Assembly (NCBI RefSeq): GCF_040938485.1
Contig: NW_027270973.1
Span: 992,001-1,056,000 of the forward strand
Reading direction: 5' to 3'
Source: Diadema antillarum
Lineage: Eukaryota
Length of the DNA: 64,000 nucleotides
Part shown: in pieces, positions 27,058 to 40,800 of the stretch
Layout of the letters: each line of letters begins with the position of its first letter
How positions within the stretch are numbered: the stretch's first letter is position 1
The notes under the pieces: generated by a model
Database searches by the model: none
What the model saw: the letters and a program-made list of their open reading frames with translations, nothing else
What the model was told of the DNA's origin: nothing
Translations under genes and position numbers: made by a program

Positions 27058-30000
27058 ATGACGAGTAAAGTCACATCTCAACCTTTGATTACCGACAAAT
27101 TCACGCAGCAGAAGTCAGCTAGTAACTCGAAAACACGAGGAAAGAAAACTCCAGGCAGGCCGATTAAATCGTCAGACAGCAAGCAGCAAACTGCACAACG
27201 AGGTGAGCGCTACAATGGAATGCACGTGTGTGTGAGACTGCTTGGCTGGTGTGGCATAGGGATATAAAACAAATCCGTCGATCACTATGAGGTACAAAAG
27301 TGCAGTTCGTAGGCCACTAGGGATCTGTGTAAAAGTTGGTAGGAAATATCTTTGTGATGAGGAAAGTGTAGGGGTTCTATTAAACACCTACAATGAGTAC
27401 AAGAACAAATGAAAAACCTGTAATTTAGTGTCTAACGTATATTTTGTCAGACTAGCGTAGAAGTTGTGCTGTGTCCTGTTAGTGTTACATTGATGGAACC
27501 TGAGTCTTGAATAATCTAATGTTGGCCCGATTGAATCCCATTTTCTTTGCTCAATTTTCCACAAATAAATAATGTTGAAGATCTAAAAGTATATAGTGGG
27601 GTGCCCACACCTCGTCAGGGGCCCGAATATCATCACCCTGCGTAAAATTGATACAAGCACACTTAACAAAAATATATGCCGGCAGTACTGTGTTTAGTAC
27701 GCTTGAAACTTTGCAGGGTCACAACAACCAAGCAAACTGAGGTGATAACAAAACAGTTTTTCTTGATAATCTTACACTTATGTGAGGAATGTGTTATCAT
27801 CAATATCAATATCATCATATATAATCAACTGCACATGTCTAGTGTTGTACACCAGGCAGGGTACCATTAGGGCCCTACATGTGTTCCATGTCTTTCAGTG
27901 GTCTTAAATGAGCATGATGGTTAAGTGTTGCAGTGAATCATGTTGACCCAGAAAGCATGGATCTGATTACAAACAGTGATACTAGACTAAAACTTCAACT
28001 TCGAGCTTGATTCTACTTCACCGATCACTCCATGATTTCTCACTCCAGATGAAGTGGTAAGGGCAGATGATCTACTCAGGCAAGAGCACCTAAACAAGCT
28101 GAGGGAGTTTGACCTAGACTGGAGGTTTGGTCCATGTACAGGTATGACTTTTCCCCTGCAATGAATAAGCTGGTTCACAAGATCTTGTAGTACATGTATG
28201 TATTCAGTGTACAATGAAGATTACAAAGTACTTGTTCTTCTACTTCTACTTCTACTTCTACGGTGCTTCTCTTCAAAGCCTGTTCAGCAACTGGATGAGG
28301 GTTAGGGTTAGTAGGTTGATTTCAGGGCACGCTCTCTTAAAGGGGATGGCTAGTAACTGATCAGTGGGAATCAGTGGGAATGCTGGAGGATGATTGTTCG
28401 AATCCTTGTGGGATTCATTTAAGAGTACATTATATACCTATTGTTGTGTGAAAATTATTTGCTTCAGAATGGTCTCATATTCAAGTAATGTGCAATTTAA
28501 TGTTTCCAGGTTAGCGTGCCTGGTCAGTGACGGGGCATTAATCTGCACATATTACTTGAATATGAGTCCGTTCTGAAGCAAATAATTTTCTCACAACAGT
28601 AGATAATGTACTCTTAAATGAATCCCACAAGAATTGGAACAATCATCCCTCAGCATTCCCACTGATTCCCACTGATCGGTTACTAGCCATCCCCTGTAAA
28701 GAGCTCTTTGCAAAATTTTTGTTGAGTGTTTCCTGCTCATAAGTCTAAGAGGCAGAATAACTCTGTAGAGAAAGTCAATTATGGAGACTGGTGACAAAGA
28801 TCAGCAACATAGTGAGAAATGAAGTTTTTACCTGGAATCAATCAATTATGAGGAGCTGTGACAGTGTACAGACCATTCTGCCATACATCACATTCTGTGG
28901 GTCTTTCAAATTAGCCATCATTTCATGTGACAGTGCTGTCCTTTGTGTAGTGATCAAAGAAATATGATGTCTGTGTGTGCAAGAACCTCATAAATCTGCA
29001 AAATTATTAATTCTCTTCATCTGTCTTTGAGGATGCATTCATGAGTAAAAAAAAAAATCACTGTTTCCTGTAGAGGAGAAAAATTGATAAATTGGTGCAT
29101 GAGATAAATGTGAATCATAATCATGCAGAAAACAAATATAGAGAGGGCAGTGCGTGCAGTGCACTGGTCAATAAGTTCGTGAACACATCAATGTTTACAC
29201 ATGCACAGATTACCAATTTAAACTAGAATACTGACATTTAAATGATTCTAATGGTCACTATCTGTCCAAGTTTGCTCATACCATCATTCCAGAAGCTTTG
29301 ATTTCCATTCTTGCATTCAAAATACAAATAATTATGTCAGTATAAATGATTATGTATAGAGATTGAGAGTGGTTCAGAGTTTGTGCTTCGTGCAGAGCAG
29401 AGAAAGGAAATAATGGTTGGGCATACATTGTATGGTCCACTGTGTTTGTACGCTTATGAAGGAAGAGCTCTCAACCACTTTTTTAACCCCATTTGGTGCA
29501 GAACTCTGGATATTGGCCAACAGTTTGACATTTTGGCTACCCTCGTGGGGTAGATTATAAATCTATCACGTTAACAAGACATCTGGCATACGTTCCAGTG
29601 GCTCCTTATCCTTCTCTCTATATGTAGGCCTACAGCTGTACCTCTAGTCCCAAAAGAAAGATATGTGTATATGTGTAGGCCTATGTATCAATGACTTTCA
29701 TTTTTATATTTATTTCCTCTCTTTTTTTAATCAGTTCCATTATGCATTTCTTTTTTTAACAGCATTGGAGAGCTTGTGTCATTTTCTTTTATGTTGTCTT
29801 GGTTAGTTTGTGCCCTGATGTGCCTTGCAGCTGCTAAAGTGTAGGCCCTACTATATTATATCTGATTTTTGTCCTGGTCTGCTCAGGAATCACTCGGCTA
29901 GAGAGGTGGGAGAGAGCAGAGAGGCATGGGTACAACCCACCCAAGAACATCAAGGACCTTGTACTGGAGCACAAAGATGATGAAGAATATGTGCAAAAGT

Positions 30001-31334
30001 AAGTGTGATTCATGTTTACAACCTACAATGTTGTCTTGAATGAGCAATCTGCAAGGAAGAATGTAGGCCTACATGCATGAGAATAAATGACACAAAGTTT
30101 GAAAACGAGGGAGAAACTTAAGTAGTCAATATTGATGTGAGTGCAAATGGGAATATGAGAAATTTGGCAGGGAATTGCGTGCATGAACAAGTTTAAATAT
30201 TTCTTGCATAGGAAGGCAGCACATATTTTCTTTGCCTTGTCCCCTTTCATTTAAAATGAATAAGATAAATGACTAAAAATATCAAGGATACAAAAGGTGG
30301 ATATGTAAATTGCGTGTCATGACAAATACCTTTTTCTGCCATCTCACTTCTACTGAGAATTTCATGTTAGTAGGCTTACTAGCTGCACAACTTGGCTTCA
30401 GCCTATGTCACAAAAGATGGAAGTTTAATCTACCTGAAAGAATTGGCCATGCAATCAATCAACATACTAACTTGCAAACATCACAGTGCAAAATTTATCA
30501 TGTACAGGCACTCCTGTTGGTTCAAGTAATGTGACATTGATTCCCTCAATGTAATTACATGTCTACCTTCATCAGGACACAGAGAATGTGGGCAAAGGCA
30601 TCCATGCTATTTCATGCATACATGTATCAAATGCCTGTGCACAATGCAACATCAAATGCATGATGTATGTAGTGCAAACAGAATGTCAAATGATGCGGAT
30701 TTGTACCCCAGGGTACAAAATGCAAACTGCCATCTTGTTATATCATTTGATTTTTAAGGGTTGTACCCTGGGTCAAAAGAAATGGATTTAAAAGTAATCT
30801 TTGGTTCTTTTTGGAAGAAAATTTTATTGTAAAAATGAGCTCAGCAGTGCAGTATCATCATAACATTGGTTCTCATGACACACACTATGCCACTGATCTC
30901 AGTGTCACACACAGACAACTGCACCACTGTCTATGCATTACAAATCCATGGAAGACATAAAATAAGTAATCATTTTGCAAGTTCGTGGATAAAAATTATC
31001 TCATTCTGAGAAAAAAAAATACTGTTCAAATTTGCTATGAAATGTTTTGAAAACATAAAAAAAAATAGTACATTTATTATCATTTTTGTAATTGCGGTAA
31101 GAAATATAGCGTCATGACAAGGCTGAATTGGCAATGGTTTTACATGTATTGTAGCCAACTACTAAAGTTTAGGCCTGCCATGATGGCAGTGTGTAAGTTT
31201 TACATCTAATGAACACAAGATGGCACCATACAATACGGTAGCCCACGGTAGTGAGTTCATACCAACAATACTTTGTAATTTTTCCTGTATTTTATCTTGT
31301 CCTCTGCAGTATCTGGACTGGCTATCCAATCTAA
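27058..31334 (+). CDS. POLD4: DNA polymerase delta subunit 4 (p12), 124 aa, 4 exons
   Basis: Exons 27058-27202, 28049-28141, 29887-29998, 31310-31334 with GT-AG introns and consistent phase (375 nt). N-terminal PIP-like QPLITDKF; C-terminal p12 signature LREFDLDWRFGPCTGITRLERWERA..HG.NPP...NIWTGYPI*. Confidence 0.95.
28337..28699. mobile_element. Near-perfect palindromic (foldback) TTAA-type MITE in POLD4 intron 2
   Basis: ttaaaggggatggctagtaactgatcagtggga ... tcccactgatcggttactagccatcccctgtaa; arms of about 170 bp pair almost to the centre. Confidence 0.8.
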
Positions 31335-34300
31335 CCGGCGTGATGGATATACAAGGAAGGTTTGATACTAATCAAGGCTTTAATGACACTTTGCTGTTGA
31401 TAAAACAAGAAACCTGAAATACTTTTTGTTTACCTTGCTCATCTGCCAAAGGTATTCACTTGCACAGACCAAGAGCAGAATGCCACTCGCTGTAACAAGT
31501 GGAATGTGATATCCTGTATATGGTCTTCAAGGAGAAGTTTTCAAGAAAAAAGGGGAAGATAGTGTGTTTATTGTTGATACTGGTTGCATCTGATGTTATC
31601 TTGGAGTCACATGCAGATTGGACCCTTCAGTTTGATGCCAAGGAAGATGTGCCATAATAATTAGCAGAATTTTTTCACAGTTACAGCACAGAGCAGCATC
31701 ACTTTCATTGTTTTTTCAACATCATGGATTAGAAATGCAAAATGAGTTTGCTCTACCTAAACTATGCGTTGCATTCTATACTTCAGAATAGACCTCAACC
31801 TCAGGACTTTTCTAACTTTTAATCATAGAATACCAGTAGGCTTCTGTGTGTACCTGAGCTGCTCATTCTGCAGGGGGATAACACTGTTTGTACGATTGTA
31901 CTGTACCTGCAGTATGAACAAAGTGTGTGAGTGCAGCTCATAGAAAATCTTGAACAAGGTAACCCTGTTTATCAAATTCATTTCTCCTGTACAGCACAAA
32001 ATGTGCGTGAGGTAGTTACATCAGTCATTTTATTTGCATATAGATATGCATGATGGCATGTGTTTTGAAACATAATATAAAGTATGAAAATTCGTTTTTT
32101 GTAGATTTGCCTACGTGTACTTTCTGAAGTACATGTATGGTACATTGGTTGACTATGTGCCAACAATGTATGGTTTACATTGTACTGGTATTTCTTCTCC
32201 ATTCTCTTTGTCACGATTGTATTGACCTCATTACCTGTAACTGTAACACTGTAGAGTGAAGTTGTTGAATGAACATGTAGAATGTATTCTGTGATATATT
32301 GTAAATAAGAATATTCATGAGATTATGTAGTGATACGATAGTAGGGTACATGATGAAATGAAGCAGCTGTATTACCTGACTAGATAGACTATAAAGTTAG
32401 ATTATTTGTCCATCCAATTTGCCATCCAATTTGAGTTGTATTCTGATCAAAAATCAAGAGGTCTATAATGGATACGATTATATTTAAGCTCAAGTGATTT
32501 GTTAATACATGTAGTAACTAGATTGTTATTGATAACATTGATATGTCGCACATATTAAGACAGTGGATCAAGAGAAGAAGTTACCTTTGAGTTGAAACAG
32601 AGCAGAGAAAACGGTGACATGACTCTAAATGTGATCAAATTAATCTAATCAGGGCCACCACCCGAACTCTCTTCTATACTACATCCACTATATTCACTTT
32701 AATGTGCATTATGGTATATTATGTCTTTTGAGCACATTACCTCACCTTTCTGAGTTGTATTCCATTTGTAACAGATTCTTAATAGTCCCTGAAATGTGAT
32801 TGGGTAGTGAAGTCACTACTCTGTATTTGCACACACACACACAAAAAAAAAACACACACAGAAAAACACTCCTGACAAAAAAGAAACAAAGAAAAACCCT
32901 TTTCCCTTAACTTGCAGTAAAAAGAGCACACAATGTTTGGACATGGTCGAACTGGACAGAGGGTAATTTTTCTTCAAAAAATTGAGATAAGTCCTAATCT
33001 CAATTATACTAAAAGATGTAAGTAGGAGAAAAGAAGGAGTAGGCCCACATGTAAACACAAGAAATCTCACAGTTATATGACCGGGGGGTGTTTCATAAAG
33101 CTGCTCGTAAAGTTACGAGTGACTTACGAGCGACTGGTGATCAGTTCTTGTGCTGAATTATGGAAATTCTGATAAGTATAGCACATCAGAACTGGTCACC
33201 AGTCGCTCGTAAGTTGTTCGTAACTTTACAAACAGCTTTATGAAACAGGGCGCAGCATGGCTGATTTGATACACCTTCTTACCCTTATAGGTAGCTGATT
33301 GACTTACAGACATTCAGACATTTGGGAGTTTCCCTACATTTTGCCTGGCGTGCATATGTAACTCAAATTTTAACTGGTACATGTATTGCTTTCATATGAC
33401 CCTTTTATGTTGCCATTTGTGTGTTGTTTTTTCTTTGTCTCTCATGAAGGTTAGGGATGAAATTCAAGGTGCCCAGTGACATATATGCTTTGTTGTGTTT
33501 TGTTTGCACTTGATCTTGTCCCCATTGAAAAAAACAAACAAAAACAAACGTACATTGTATAATAAAAAGCATTCAAATACATTGTATAAATTGATCTGTT
33601 ATCATTCACCAGGTACATGGTAAGATGTTATTACATGTAATCATTTTAGTTGTTTGATTCAGTTGCCAAGAAAGAGGGATTTTATGTTGTATACCTATTA
33701 ATAGTTCTGTCACCTCTCTGCATTTTTTTTAACATCCATACAATAGATCACAATTCTGCTGAGGACACGCACTGAAATACTTGAGGATAACTTATTTCAC
33801 TGTATATCTTTTTTTATTGCTTTTTATTATGTATATCTTTAATAAAACTGAGATTATGGATCTTTCTTTCATTTTGACAACACTATAGAGATACACAGTC
33901 ATGCAGTCACAAGCTGGATATCTTCAAACTATTGTAGTGAAAGCTGCATTTATATGTTCATGAGTACTGATGCATACATTCTTGTCATTGTTATACTTGA
34001 CACATACATACGCCCATCCTGCACGTACTACTGATGATATCTTCAGTAAGCTCGACATCAAATATAGATGGGGAAATTCATATTCTGGCTCAATTTAGCA
34101 TGTCATGTTTTCAATATTCCTGAAATACGATTATGAAAGGATATACAGTGTACACCTACATACAGATTCATTATCTACTGATAAAATTTTATCTGCCCGT
34201 AATGTTATGTGTATGCATATGTCTGCAATATGTTGGCGTAGCATACCTACATACATGTACATGTAATACAATGAACTTTTTTAAAATGAAACTCTTTGTG

Positions 34301-34800
34301 ACCGGTTAAACATTTTGTTATACAATTTAAACACTTTTCAACATCATGGATTTGAAGGAAAGAAGAAGAAGAAGAAGGAAACTGTGCACTTTGGGGCAAG
34401 AAAATGACTTTCTCATAGTCCAATGAGAGTTTTTGTTATACTTTTGTATAATGTACGTGTATTGTGTTTGTAGATGCACTGTGCTAATGTTTGTATCGAA
34501 TTGGCATTAATAGAGTTTTTGAATTGTTTAATTCCCATGAACCTTTTGAAAGGGATGGTTTCTGTGCTTTTTATCTGCTTGTCAAACGGAGCAATCCTTT
34601 ACCCAATATGACGTGGTAATTATGTCGTCTTACAGCTCTGTGAGAGCCGAGCCTAGATATGATCATGTTTTAGCTGACCTGTCTACAAATGTGTTGATAT
34701 TCTCTGCTCCTGTCATTATGTTTCATTGTTTTCCACTGAATGACTTTTATATAGTGGTTTATTTCATCTGTTTTATGTGTTGTAAATACAAGTACATGTG
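31335..34800 (+). other. Probable long 3' UTR of POLD4 (end point uncertain)
   Basis: ORF-poor, U-rich sequence after the stop codon, with AATAAA hexamers near 33560 and 33841. No transcript data. Confidence 0.3.
33081..33255. mobile_element. Harbinger-like hairpin MITE
   Basis: gggtgtttcataaagctg..gtaaagttacga..cttacgagcgactggtga / tcaccagtcgctcgtaag..cgtaactttac..cagctttatgaaaca. Confidence 0.7.
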
Positions 34801-37800
34801 TAGAACGCTATAGAGGTAACATTTGATACTGCATATTGGTGTTTTTGTCAGAATCACTAATATACAGTGAAGCCAGGAGCCATTAGATCACAAGTCTATG
34901 TTTACATACTCATTTCTGTTATTGAAATGACAATAAAGAATACTTTTATACTCAAAAAAGGTATGTTCCCATGTTTGTTTTGTTGTTTTATTATTTCAAT
35001 GAGTCCATCTTTGTAATGTAGGCTACATGTATTATAGCAGGGAGAAGTGTTTTTTTTTTTTTTTTTTTTACTCAAGGTCATTTGAGAAACAGAGTGAGAC
35101 CGGAAAGACAGAACCATGAATGTTTTTATTGGAACAAACAGCAAATTAGAAAGGTATGGAATATGAAGGATTTTCATGCATGTAAATGGCTATTGCACCT
35201 GTTGGGAATCACACATGCGCAATGACAACTGAGGTGATGATGTCACTCCCACATCTTGTAGTGGCGCGCCAGAAATTTATACAAATCGCGATGACTATTA
35301 TAATTCATTTACACTATTCATTAACTCCCAGGATTATGTTGGTCAATTTGGCAGGAACAGACATAAACTGACGAAATGATATATTGTCATTACCCCACGA
35401 ATCTCAAGACAAATGACACTGTGATAAAATGTTAGAATAGGTTGATGCATGGTTATGTACTGCAATCGTTAAGTCCTCTGAAGGCGATTTCAAGGAGCAA
35501 ATTTGGCATACGAAGTTGTTGAATTATGTGCTTGTACATGTACACTTGTATACTTGCATCACAATGAAACTCTGTATAAGGTACATAACTGTGTAGCCGT
35601 TCGACAAGAAATTTGTTCATGTATCCAGGATTCTGTGACACCCATCGTGTTTTGTTCTTTTTCTTATAGGGGAATGAAACCCGAATACAACGTGCATGTA
35701 TGTGGCTTGAGTGAATGCCAAAATAGCAGCAGAACACATCAGTGAAATCTTAGGAAGAACGGACAGTCAGTTCAAAAGTCATGAATTGTTAGCCTTGAAA
35801 CAGCCAAGCGGGATAAGAGAACTATATTACAACAATTCGTGATACCATGCGTGAACAACGATAAAACAGAAAAAAAAAATTCAACATACAGGTGTATTTT
35901 TATTTTTCTACTGCATAATGAAAGAGCACATGGCGTACCTCTTATAAGAAAGCAAGGGGAATAACATTACATGTACCCTCAACATGTGTCGGTAACAAGT
36001 GAAAGGATTGTGTACTTTTAATAAAATATAAAAGTTTGTGGAAAGTTCCTCATAGTTGCTTTTGCATATCGTTTTCCAAACGTGATTACGAATTGCTGTG
36101 TGTAGTTTTCTTACCCAGCGATCGCGGGAACGAAACTTTAAAAATTCGCAACATTTGACAACTTGTCCGATTTTCCTCAAACCTTCGCTAGTTTGCTGTA
36201 CTAAATTCACAGCCCCGTTTCGACCCCCCCCCCCCTCTTCCACTCTCTCTCGATATGTATTGTACCATCTCTCATGTTTTAGGCACACATACATTGTATC
36301 ACACACATATCCGCACATAATAGCTGAAAGGCGAAGCTGCGATATAGAACTCACATTATGTAGTGAAATAAAGACATAAATGCGACTAAACAAGTCCCTC
36401 TTCCACGTACCACCTTTTATTGACAACACTATTTCAAAATAATGTTTTATTTGATCTCTCCGCGTCTCCAACATATTCCCTACACCATTTATAAACAAAC
36501 AAAATGCACATGTGACCACAAAATGCGCGATATTCTTGAGAAAAAAAGAGAGTATAGTTAGGATCGACTTGTACAGTATTGTATCATGTAAAATGCTAGA
36601 CAGAAAACACATACATTTCGGAGATGGGTATGCACGGTCCTCGATTGATAACACGTAACTAGAATATAGAATAAGCTTATTTCAACTCTTGGAGATGTTT
36701 GAGATCAAGAAAATATTGTATACTACTGATTGTAATGGCGTATACTTGTCCGATTTTATTCTGTAAAAAAAAAAAGAAAGAAAAAAAGGAGTTATATATA
36801 TTTGCCATGCCTACGATGCCACAGCATAATAATCAAAATCTTTCTGATTAATAAGTAGGAATGTATATAGAAAATACATAGTACCATATAAAAAGTGTAG
36901 TTGTACATAATATAATGAAAGCGTCAGTAGTGTCATACAAGTAATGTACAAGTGTAGATGATCATATGTATTGTAATCAAAGAAGGCGACCCACTTCCAA
37001 TTCAATCAGGTATTGGTCGGTGCTGTTTGCGACACACATCACCACAAAACAGTTGGAATAAAATTCTTGACAGCGCCTTTTATTCAATATGCAGCAACGC
37101 TATGTCTGAATACACTGGAGCAGTAGCATGAAGGGAATATGTGGTATGCTTATAGTAAAGTGAAGTACATTGTTAAAAAAATACTGCTGTTTCGAACATA
37201 AGACACAACGACAGGCACAAAGGGTTGAATACTGAAGTATAGAGCACAGGTTATTTACAGTAAGCTTATACTGAACGGAAAGATTCTCATTTATGCAAGT
37301 ACAGCAATGGAGGAAAGACAAATATTACAGGAATTCCTTTTGATCATTATATCTGTGATTACATATAACTCATAAACAATATTCTTTAAAATCAAAACTT
37401 TGGTGAAGGATGATAGGAAATCAGTCCCCCAGAAATTATGAACAATAATTCTGAGTATTTTACTCAAGAACTTCATGCAATAGGTAACTGATTTGTTTTC
37501 TTTTCTTACATGCATTTCAATCTTATTTTCAACCTCAATTTACAGTTTCCCATAATTTCTCAATTTACGAAAATATTTGTAAAAGTCTAATAAATTCAAA
37601 CATGATGCTATATGGAAAAGAAATACATAACCATCGGATATTTTCTGAAGTATCGCTATTCTGCGTGTAAAACAAAACAAAAACAAAGCAAATCAAAAAC
37701 CACTGAAAGACCTCTTCAAATTCATCATTCGTGTCCTAGTTTGGCGTCAGCGGCTGAGTGGTGGGGTATACATTTGCCAACATCCCTTCATCAGATCGTC

Positions 37801-37834
37801 AGTGACAAGCAGTCCACGTCTTTATTTTCAAAAG

Positions 37835-40800
37835 CTAAAATGGCGTCTGGTGATCGGCGTCATTGATCACCGCTCCTGCAAGCGAAGGAGGACAGAAACA
37901 TGAAACACGATATTTATTCTAAGAGAACGCCGAACCAAGAAGACGACGATTCATTAATATTTGAAAGTCTCCTCTCCCTTGCCAATTATCCTGTTGGCTT
38001 TTTCTCAATCTGATCACATTCCAGTTTCCTCTCTTTTAACGTCATTACACCTTCAGATCTCTGAAGATAATTCTAAATTCAGCGGAAGTCAGGGATGGCA
38101 CATCCGACGCCAAAACTTCTAATTAAGAACCTACACCACTACAACTGAATACTAAAAACGATAATACGGGCCACACTTTGAATTTCGAGATCAGGAGCAC
38201 GTGTCCATCAAGAAGACGACGAATCGTTAATATTCGGAAGTCTCCTCTCTCTTACCAGTAATTATCCTGCTGGATCGTTCTCTATCTCTCATCCCAGCTT
38301 CCTCTCTTTTACTGAATACTGAAAACGATCATTCGTGTCAAACTTTGTATTTCGAGTTCAGAAGCCCGTGTCCTTATGATTGTTAGTTTAAGATTACCTC
38401 ACAGAGACTCTATGCTTTTGCCATGATGGACTGTCTATTTAATCATCACCATTGAATTACTTTCATTGTTGGCTTGAGATGGCCACTTACCACCATTATC
38501 CAGGCCCAGCTTCTCCTTGCGGATATCACTGCCAACATCAACAGACTCTACCGACTCATCGTCGCTGTCTTCATCACCAGAGAAGATGGCCACAAGTTTG
38601 AAGGCGATGTAGAACAAGAGGATGGATGTGGCGTCCACTGTGATGCCAATGAGCAGAGCAGGTGTGCGGTAGCTTGGGCGTGGCAGGAGGGTGTAGCAGC
38701 AGCTCCAGGCCACCAGGAAGCAGATGCTAAGGAGGCTGGTGTAGACGAGGGTACGGCGCTCTTTCTTGGTCGCACTGTCCTGGCTGCCTCCGGCAGAGAA
38801 GAAAGACAGGACGAATGTGAGGAAGACGAGGATGTAGACGTAGACCATGGAGAGGACGGTGGAGGAGTTGCTATGGTTACAGGCGATGCCAGCATATGCA
38901 GAACAGCCGAGACCATCAACTTCAAACATTTCAACCCCACTTGCAGGATCGAGGATGAGCCATTCGGTGACCAGAACGACCTCCGTGATCAAAAGAGTGA
39001 AGAAGAGAAGAATCTGAACCGGTTGGGCGGTGAAGGTAGAGTTGCTGAACTTCTTACACAAGTTGCTGCAAGCGACAGCTTTGGTTGCCAGGGCCGCATA
39101 GACGACGGCATAGGAGAAGCTGGTCATCCAGCGTTGCATACCACAGGAAGACTCTCCAGGAACCACCATGTACCACACGTTGTTCAGGTACATGAGGATG
39201 ACCCCGAGGGCTACCATGCACATCAGGAAAGGGTTAGCTCTCTTGATCTGGGAAGACTTGCGATGACTGACGAAGATGGGGATACTGGCCAAGGCCACAA
39301 GTCCTCCGACAGCAGCCACGATCAGCACCACGACCACCCAGGCTTCGGCGCCTTGATTCCACGACCAGCTGCTTGGAGGTTGCGCATCGATAACAGGACA
39401 CGAGGTGGGATCCTCCACCCGGGTCTCGCACACCGCCGGTGCTGAAATGGGTCTGTCCGCATCGGGGTTGTAGAGATAAATCCTACGGTCATCCATGGTC
39501 AGTTGTCCACTCACATACTGGCCGATCTGAGGAGACGACCAAAGAATGGAAATGATTCAATGTCTTTCATACATTTGCCGACCAAAGCAAATGCAGTCAA
39601 CCTTGCTTACAGCTTCTCTGAACAAACCATACCTGTCGTCCAGTCTAAGCTCAGAGAAATTTCAAATACTTAATTGGTATCATATATGAGATTTCGATTC
39701 ATGGAAGAATTGCCATTCATGAAAAACCATTGCCACGTGTGGGGTATTCTTATCATGGTCGGTCGTTTTTGTGTTTTTTGTGTCTGAACACGTAGGTTTT
39801 TTTTTTTCGAAGGGATGTACCTTCAATGCTTTCAGAGCACAAAACTCACATTCTGGCATTGTCGACTATAAATAAGAAAAAAAAATACAGGGAATGTGAG
39901 GAAAACAAAGAACTACCGCGACAGGATCGAAATATTCAAGATGAGGCTCAATGGACAAAAACTCTCAGTCTAAATCTTGAGGTTCTGATTCAAGTTCGTT
40001 GTCAGCAGCAGAAGCAACCATACGCAAGGCATTTTATTCTGTGTGGCTTCTTTTTTTTTCGGAGGGAACTCAATGTCATTGGTCCTCTGAGAGTTGCTCA
40101 CTCAGTTGCAAATGTGACCCCATACTCAGTTGCGACGTTATATTAAAATATAACTGCATTAAATTGAAATAAAATTGATGAAGAGCATGCTCAAACTCAA
40201 CAAAAACTTAAACTCAAACTTATGAAAAGATCTAGTTATCCCCAAATGCATTATGAAGGAGTGCAAAAAAAAAAAGTTATCTTACCGGGACAAAACTGCC
40301 TGTGATCCCGTCACCTTGGAAGTTGATGATGGAATATTCGGCGGGTCCCTGGCGATTCTCGAACCAGAACGGACGGCCGCCGGCGCCGGCCTCGACGTAA
40401 GCACTCTTGATGGCGTAGAGGATGTGGTGATAGTGAAGGTCGTAGAACTCGGAGCAGAGAGGAGCGGTCTCATTGATGGGCTTCAGAACATAGGCGGCGC
40501 GCTTGTACTCGTGCTCAACGTACTCACCTGATGAGATAATGGGGGGGGGGGGGGGGGGGGAGGGAGGGAGGGGAGGGGGATGGTCATCAGTTTTTTTAAT
40601 TTACACGACCAAGAGGGAACATGATGTATGAGTCAACGTCAATCATGGTATGATTATTATTGTGTTTTTCTCTTCTTGCAAGAAAATCTTTGTCCGAATT
40701 CGGTTCACTTTCCAACAGCTCTTCTAGCTCATCTCAAGGAAGACCATTTCTGAAAATGATTCTGTAAGCTACTTTACCACAAAATGGAGTAACTATAACT

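Noticed and set aside
35908-36654. 248-aa minus-strand ORF
   Set aside because: AT-rich, low-information translation crossing a poly-C run, with no motifs or convincing splice context; probably a chance ORF.
38474-39445. 323-aa plus-strand ORF
   Set aside because: It is the antisense shadow of the GC3-rich, hydrophobic 7TM exon; its composition is explained by complementary codons and it shows no recognisable motifs.
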